Source of the DNA: Patescibacteria group bacterium
Lineage (GTDB): Bacteria > Patescibacteriota > Minisyncoccia > Phycocordibacterales > DATDWN01
DNA length: 64,000 nt
Direction: 5' to 3'
Assembly: GCA_040384485.1 (NCBI GenBank)
Contig: JAZKJH010000005.1
Coordinates: 3,375-67,374, forward strand
Shown here piece after piece: positions 59,215-64,000 of the stretch (positions are counted from its first letter, which is position 1; every line of letters starts with the position of its first letter). The notes beneath the pieces are model-generated. The model did not search any database. It worked only from the letters and a program-made list of their open reading frames with translations, and had not been told where the DNA came from. The position numbers and the translations under genes are program-made.

Positions 59215-59682
59215 TTATAAAGACTTACTACCCAAGATACTTCTTAAAATTTTCTCATACTTAGACGCCACAAAAGCAACCAGAATAGCGATAGAAGTGG
59301 CTACAATGCAAAGTCCTAAAAATCCTGCTGGGTCGTCTTCTGTTGCATGAAATGCTCTTATATATACTCCCGCCATAACAATTGTTGCTCCCAGTATAAC
59401 TGCGCAGTGTTTTATTGTTCGTAACGCTCTCATAGCTGCTTCTGAGAATGTATTATTTTGCTTTATATAGCCCAGCAATTTGAATACTTTATACAACAGA
59501 ATAAAAAAGGAGATTGATGATAAGTACACATAAGCTAAAAATGGATCATTAAAATAAATCTCAAAAACTTTAGCGTTTACATTTCTCCCCTCCAGATGCG
59601 GCATCCATAACATAAAAGTGGCGACCGTTATTCCTAGAATAACTGTTGCTACTTGTAAAAAATTTATTAGAAATTTTTTCAT
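59215..59682 (-). CDS. DUF2975-like membrane protein
   Basis: LL.YI..N..FS.....L..IK.C, DDPAG. Confidence 0.7.
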   Translation of the reverse strand: MKKFLINFLQVATVILGITVATFMLWMPHLEGRNVNAKVFEIYFNDPFLAYVYLSSISFFILLYKVFKLLGYIKQNNTFSEAAMRALRTIKHCAVILGATIVMAGVYIRAFHATEDDPAGFLGLCIVATSIAILVAFVASKYEKILRSILGSKSL

Positions 59683-59693
59683 TGTTTATGTAT

Positions 59694-59897
59694 TTAGTTT
59701 TTATATTCCAAAATATCTCCCGGCTGACACTCCAATGCTTTACAGATAGCTTCTAAAGTTTCCAGTCTGACTGCTTTAGCTTTTCCATTTTTTAGAATTG
59801 AAATATTAGCCATTGTTATGCCAACTTTTTCTGCCAATTTAGTGACACTCATTTTTCTTTTTGCGAGCATCACATCTATGTTGATTATAATTGCCAT
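59694..59897 (-). CDS. Cro/C1 HTH regulator (YozG-like)
   Basis: MAIIINIDVMLAKRKMS...ANISILKNGKAKA.R..TL..IC..L.CQPGD. Confidence 0.9.
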   Translation of the reverse strand: MAIIINIDVMLAKRKMSVTKLAEKVGITMANISILKNGKAKAVRLETLEAICKALECQPGDILEYKN

Positions 59898-59904
59898 AAT
59901 ATTT

Positions 59905-60417
59905 TTATACAGTTAGATCATTCTCCGACTTTATATCCACGACGTTCTGTAGTAACTTCTCCACTATTCCAGTAAAGATAGTAATAGTAATAGGAATACA
60001 AGCAATTACCATTCCCATAAGAATTAGTCCCGGTGCATCATCCAACTCTGCAATAGGAAGTAGCCATGGTACCCCACCAACATACAAGACAGAAATAGTA
60101 GCCAGACAATATTTTATGTTTCTAAGAGTATTAATTGATACTTCTGAAAACGCCATGTTTTTATCGATAAGTTTTAATAGTCTCAACCCCTGCCAAAGTC
60201 CTATATAGAACGGAATTGCTGTCGCATAAAGTCCCAACATAATTAGAAAAACAGATGTAGAAGCCTCAGGAAATTCGGCAGACCCACCTTTCCACATTGA
60301 AGGCAGTGCAAAAACGCAGAAAGCGAGCACAATAAGTCCGATAACAAAGATGGCAAGTCTTAAAAAGTTTGTAGATTGCTTCTCAATAAGTGATTCAAAA
60401 TATTTTGTTATTTTCAT
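59905..60417 (-). CDS. DUF2975-like membrane protein (YoaS-like)
   Basis: DDAPG; C-terminal IKSENDLTV. Confidence 0.8.
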   Translation of the reverse strand: MKITKYFESLIEKQSTNFLRLAIFVIGLIVLAFCVFALPSMWKGGSAEFPEASTSVFLIMLGLYATAIPFYIGLWQGLRLLKLIDKNMAFSEVSINTLRNIKYCLATISVLYVGGVPWLLPIAELDDAPGLILMGMVIACIPITITIFTGIVEKLLQNVVDIKSENDLTV

Positions 60418-60543
60418 TATTTTAGTGTAATTTATTACTTATCGTTTGTCAATATATTTTTGTTGTTAATAAGTTATAGCTCCTTTCATATCTGATTTTA
60501 CTAACGTAATAAAATATGTTATCATTTTTAAAGAGGTACAAGC

Positions 60544-60924
60544 TTGAACACAATACAACTAGCCGAACTTATGATGAATGAGCGTGGTTGGAGACATGCA
60601 GACCTCGCTCAAAAATGTGGTGTTTGTAGGCAAGTAATCCAAAAAAACATCACCGGAAAGATAAAGACTGGTCGTAGACACCGTTTCCACATCGGGGTTA
60701 TTGCGACTGCCTTGCGAAACGGTTTCGAAGCTGAAGCTTTGTCTATCCTCCTTGGAGATGGTGAGGACAAAAAAGTCTCGACAGTCCTACGAGCAGCAGT
60801 GATTTACCCTGACCTGAGTTCCTCGGAATTGGAACTGTTAAACAAAGCCGAAAAAACAACGTCAATGTCCCCTCTACCTGTTGAGGTGATAAAGTCTATC
60901 GTCCAAACCAACAGAGAACCCTGA
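60544..60924 (+). CDS. Putative XRE HTH protein
   Basis: L..LM..RGW..ADLA...GV.R..I; TTG start with AGAGG. Confidence 0.55.
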   Translation: MNTIQLAELMMNERGWRHADLAQKCGVCRQVIQKNITGKIKTGRRHRFHIGVIATALRNGFEAEALSILLGDGEDKKVSTVLRAAVIYPDLSSSELELLNKAEKTTSMSPLPVEVIKSIVQTNREP

Positions 60925-60987
60925 GATAGTATCAATGGGTTTTTATTTTATAAATAAAAAAAAACACCGAAGATAGTCGTTCGGTGT

Positions 60988-61233
60988 TTAATTCATCTCC
61001 CAATCACAGAGCATCTCAAGGATGACAACTTCATCCTGTAAGTCTTCGATGTCTCCATCGAAGTTCATAAAAACTCGGGTCAATTTGTCGACGTCAGCCA
61101 AATTACAAACTGGTGGTGGCAACTTCACAAAATGCGCATCCAAATCCAGCATCGACATAAGAACAAGTTTCTTTTCCCAAAGCAGGTCCATGGCAAGTTT
61201 TTTATCACTGGGGAAAATAAGCGGTTCGCTCAT
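60988..61233 (-). CDS. Hypothetical protein
   Basis: Start moved to ATG 61233, which has a GGAGGAG SD. Confidence 0.5.
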   Translation of the reverse strand: MSEPLIFPSDKKLAMDLLWEKKLVLMSMLDLDAHFVKLPPPVCNLADVDKLTRVFMNFDGDIEDLQDEVVILEMLCDWEMN

Positions 61234-61312
61234 ATAGCTCCTCCAATAAATAAACTGTTCTAGTCTAATTGAAACAAATATAAAACAAATAAGCAACAAA
61301 AAAGCACCCATG

Positions 61313-61576
61313 CTATGCATGGGTGCTGTGATTCTGCTTGCGAGACTCAGTAACTACATGAGACTCAAGTTCCAAAACCTCGGAGTTGAGATCTGTTGCC
61401 AACTCATCTGCTTCTTCTCGAAGCTTGAGCCATAATGGATAGTCTCGCGACTCTCGGTATGGTTCCACCATATCGAGTCTCTCCACAGCTGAAGTTGCTG
61501 TTGCGAGAGCGCTACGTTTGTCTATCAGCAACCGCTTGCAATCGAGCAGCGACTTTGGAAAATCCGACATTGTCAC
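61313..61576 (-). CDS. Hypothetical helical protein
   Basis: Purine-rich SD upstream; coiled-coil character. Confidence 0.5.
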   Translation of the reverse strand: MTMSDFPKSLLDCKRLLIDKRSALATATSAVERLDMVEPYRESRDYPLWLKLREEADELATDLNSEVLELESHVVTESRKQNHSTHA

Positions 61577-61684
61577 ACCTTCCCTTCCTGGAAATATTTA
61601 ACCATAAAAAATTTGATAAATCAAATATAAAAAATCGCTGGGGAGGAACTTGTCCTCCACCAGCGATGTATGTTTTGTTTTGGT

Positions 61685-62779
61685 TTAACGCTCGATCAGA
61701 GCGTTGCCCCATAGTTCACCCATGATTTCCCATGGGTTACCAACGGGCTGCATGGTGAACTTGTAGCTCACCCACATCCCGGCGGCAAACTTTTCGGGCA
61801 CATCCAACTGAAATGCCTTACCGTGTTTGCCTTTCTCGAAAATCTGGCAACCGAACGGAACGTTGGCATCGTATGTATTGACGCCCCTGCCCCGAACAAC
61901 ACCACAGACCTCGATTGGTTTATCCTCCCAATGCTCAACCTCGATTACGATCACCTTTTTTCGACCGAGGTCGATAGTCTGGCGAATGATCATCTCAGTA
62001 TGAGGAATGAGGACAAGATCCCCAAAGTTCAGATTCCCGCCGTCGTAACGGAAGGGCTGACTCAGAAGCTGCATCCCATTGGCCGAGATTTCCAAACGAT
62101 AGTCACCCGATTGCAATTCACGTTCTCGTCCCCAACCCTCCCAGCAGTTGAATACGTTCTTCTGAACGTAGCAGTTGCCGGTGGACTGGTTCTGATAGGA
62201 TTCATAGCTGAGATACTCATATCCCAACTCTTCGTGCTTAACCATCCGAAGCAAAGTGACTTGTGGATACAAACCACCCGCGAATGAATCGAAAAGATCC
62301 CTGCTGCCGCGAGCCGTGACGAGCTTGCCCGTCACTGTACCACGTACGTCATCATCGGCACGGACAATCGAGTGCCCTGGTTGACCGGAGAGATACTGAA
62401 CTTCATACCACCAGTCCCACTCCCAGTCGTATCCGTAGACACGAATGGTGACCATCTTTCCGTACATGCAACTCGTCGCCGGAAGGTAGAAGCCGTGCTT
62501 TCCCCCCACTCCAAGATACGCATTTACGTCGGTTCGTTCCACCAGGGTCAGATAACCACCAATGTAACACGACTCAGTCTTGTTGGTTTCGGGGTTTGTG
62601 AATTCTCCCCAAACCTCGTAGAACGAGGAATCGTTCGGGTAGACTGGGTTTGCCAGCCAACCATGAATCCCGCCCTTATCGGCTCGGTCGATGTTGCCTT
62701 CGTACGTCTGCGCCGACACGGCGGTCGGCAGAATCGCGAGAACCAGCACAGCGAACCAGTAGATTGGACTCTTTTTCAT
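61685..62779 (-). CDS. Secreted multi-domain beta-rich protein
   Basis: Signal peptide ending VSA. G.ID......I.GW...R.DV......G.HGF resembles Bsp-like/Ig-type surface repeats. GC visibly higher than flanks. Confidence 0.65.
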   Translation of the reverse strand: MKKSPIYWFAVLVLAILPTAVSAQTYEGNIDRADKGGIHGWLANPVYPNDSSFYEVWGEFTNPETNKTESCYIGGYLTLVERTDVNAYLGVGGKHGFYLPATSCMYGKMVTIRVYGYDWEWDWWYEVQYLSGQPGHSIVRADDDVRGTVTGKLVTARGSRDLFDSFAGGLYPQVTLLRMVKHEELGYEYLSYESYQNQSTGNCYVQKNVFNCWEGWGRERELQSGDYRLEISANGMQLLSQPFRYDGGNLNFGDLVLIPHTEMIIRQTIDLGRKKVIVIEVEHWEDKPIEVCGVVRGRGVNTYDANVPFGCQIFEKGKHGKAFQLDVPEKFAAGMWVSYKFTMQPVGNPWEIMGELWGNALIER

Positions 62780-62915
62780 CTAGTATCCTCTTGGAAATGG
62801 CCTGGTTAGGGCCCGTTTAAAGAACTCATGTATATTATAGCATTAAAATAGGCTGTTTGTCAATACTTGGTCCTGTGCTCAAATATAAAAGGCGCGATGT
62901 AAATCGCGCCTGATT

Positions 62916-63263
62916 TTAGTGAACCTTACGTCTGTATTTTAGAATCTTGGAAGGTTTTTGTGTCCCTTGCTCTTGAGTCTCCGTTGGTGTGGCAAGTGTT
63001 TCCGCCCAACCATTAAGCTCTTTATCAAGTCTTAAGTGAAGCTCCCCCAGATCCTTACTAAAGAGTATGATCTCACTCTCTGTGGCTTCGATAGCTGCCC
63101 TAATAGCAGCTTCATGCCAAGCACCTTTATTCTTTACAAGCATCAACTGCAGCCTGTTAATCCGATCATGAAAACTCTCAAGCATTGTCTCATTGAAACG
63201 GATCGCATCCTCTATGTGAGATACAATCGTCAAAGCATCGTCTGATTTGTCTCTCTGTGACAT
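62916..63263 (-). CDS. Hypothetical coiled-coil protein
   Basis: GGAAGGGG SD, TTGACA upstream, terminator at about 62887-910. Confidence 0.55.
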   Translation of the reverse strand: MSQRDKSDDALTIVSHIEDAIRFNETMLESFHDRINRLQLMLVKNKGAWHEAAIRAAIEATESEIILFSKDLGELHLRLDKELNGWAETLATPTETQEQGTQKPSKILKYRRKVH

Positions 63264-63349
63264 CTAGTCCCCTTCCTGAACTGATTCTTTCATACTAGAA
63301 ACCCTGCTGTCAATCGTTACAAAAAACATATAGAAGGTATAATTAGCAA

Positions 63350-64000
63350 ATGTCTAAAAGCAACTACGGAAGCAAGTCCCTAAAACTTCATCTAAAACTA
63401 AAAGGTAAACTGGGAATACAAGCCAAAACAAAAATAGAAAACAAGGAAGACTTGTCTGTTGTGTACACGCCCGGGATAGCAGAAGTTTCCAAAGCACTTT
63501 CAAAAAACAAAAGCTTAGCGCACAAGATGTCTATCAAATCAAACTCCGTAGCTGTAATATCTGACGGCTCTGCAGTTTTAGGACTTGGAAACATAGGCCC
63601 CTACGGGGCACTTCCAGTGATGGAAGGAAAAGCTTTGTTGTTCAAAAAATTTGCCAACATAGACGCCTACCCTATCTGTCTCGATACCCAAGATACCGAA
63701 GAAATAATCCAAACTATTAAAAATATTTCTGTAGGATTTGGCGGAATAAACCTAGAAGACATTGCTGCCCCAAAATGTTTTGAAATAGAAGAACGTTTGA
63801 AAAAAGAATTGGACATACCAGTCATGCACGACGACCAACATGGAACTGCTATTGTGGTTTTGGCTGCAGTTATAAACTCTCTCAAAATAGTTAGAAAGAA
63901 AAAAGAGAGTATAAAAGTTGTAGTAAATGGAGCAGGTTCGGCAGCCATAGCCATAACCAACCTGTTTATCGAATACGGAATAACTTCTAGAAATATAATA
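63350..64000 (+). CDS. Malic enzyme, N-terminal part (runs off window)
   Basis: Translated by hand: DLSVVYTPG, DGSAVLGLGNIG, PVMEGKA, INLEDI.AP.CF, HDDQHGTA, NGAGSAA. Confidence 0.93.
   Translation, partial: MSKSNYGSKSLKLHLKLKGKLGIQAKTKIENKEDLSVVYTPGIAEVSKALSKNKSLAHKMSIKSNSVAVISDGSAVLGLGNIGPYGALPVMEGKALLFKKFANIDAYPICLDTQDTEEIIQTIKNISVGFGGINLEDIAAPKCFEIEERLKKELDIPVMHDDQHGTAIVVLAAVINSLKIVRKKKESIKVVVNGAGSAAIAITNLFIEYGITSRNII

Noticed and set aside
59215-60417. DUF2975-HTH-DUF2975 cassette next to tRNA-Ser as an island
   Set aside because: It is a widespread yoaS-yozG-type module, and no tRNA 3' duplication or integrase was seen.
63388-63960. Minus-strand ORFs at the window end
   Set aside because: They are shadows of the plus-strand malic enzyme that starts at 63350.

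Overview
A low-GC bacterial chromosome segment read in genetic code 11. The gene content suggests a Patescibacteria/CPR (Parcubacteria-like) genome; this is an inference from the secretin-less type IV pilus locus, the truncated RF2, the archaeal-type cytidylate kinase and many leaderless-looking genes. Core genes: rnj (partial), mscL, pyrG, ftsEX, prfB, cmk, gatAC, ligA, a type IV pilus/competence cluster, idi, malic enzyme (partial) and 7 tRNAs. Accessory content is mostly cofactor salvage: coaE plus a CoaD-HD hydrolase fusion, a pnuC-nadR-nrtR-nadM/Nudix cluster, and 20 kb away a pncB-pncA-vWA-PP2C-Ser/Thr kinase operon. The best candidate for a new system is that last operon. It joins NAD salvage to a TerY-P-like phosphosignalling triad, and its promoter carries the same (T/A)AGTGT-N7-ACACTA palindrome (putative NrtR box) as the nadM and pnuC promoters, which suggests induction by ADP-ribose when NAD is destroyed. 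Other signals missed by the ORF track: a complete attenuator with a YYYY leader peptide in front of an orphan P-loop kinase; a 49-aa ArfA-like ORF near prfB; a tRNA-Ser with a rare ACT anticodon; hairpin-filled duplications at three tRNA genes, including an intact tRNA-Thr nested inside a fragmented copy of itself; and boxA-like motifs in four mRNA leaders. No CRISPR array, rRNA, integrase or transposase was seen. All family calls come from motifs read by eye, not from database searches.
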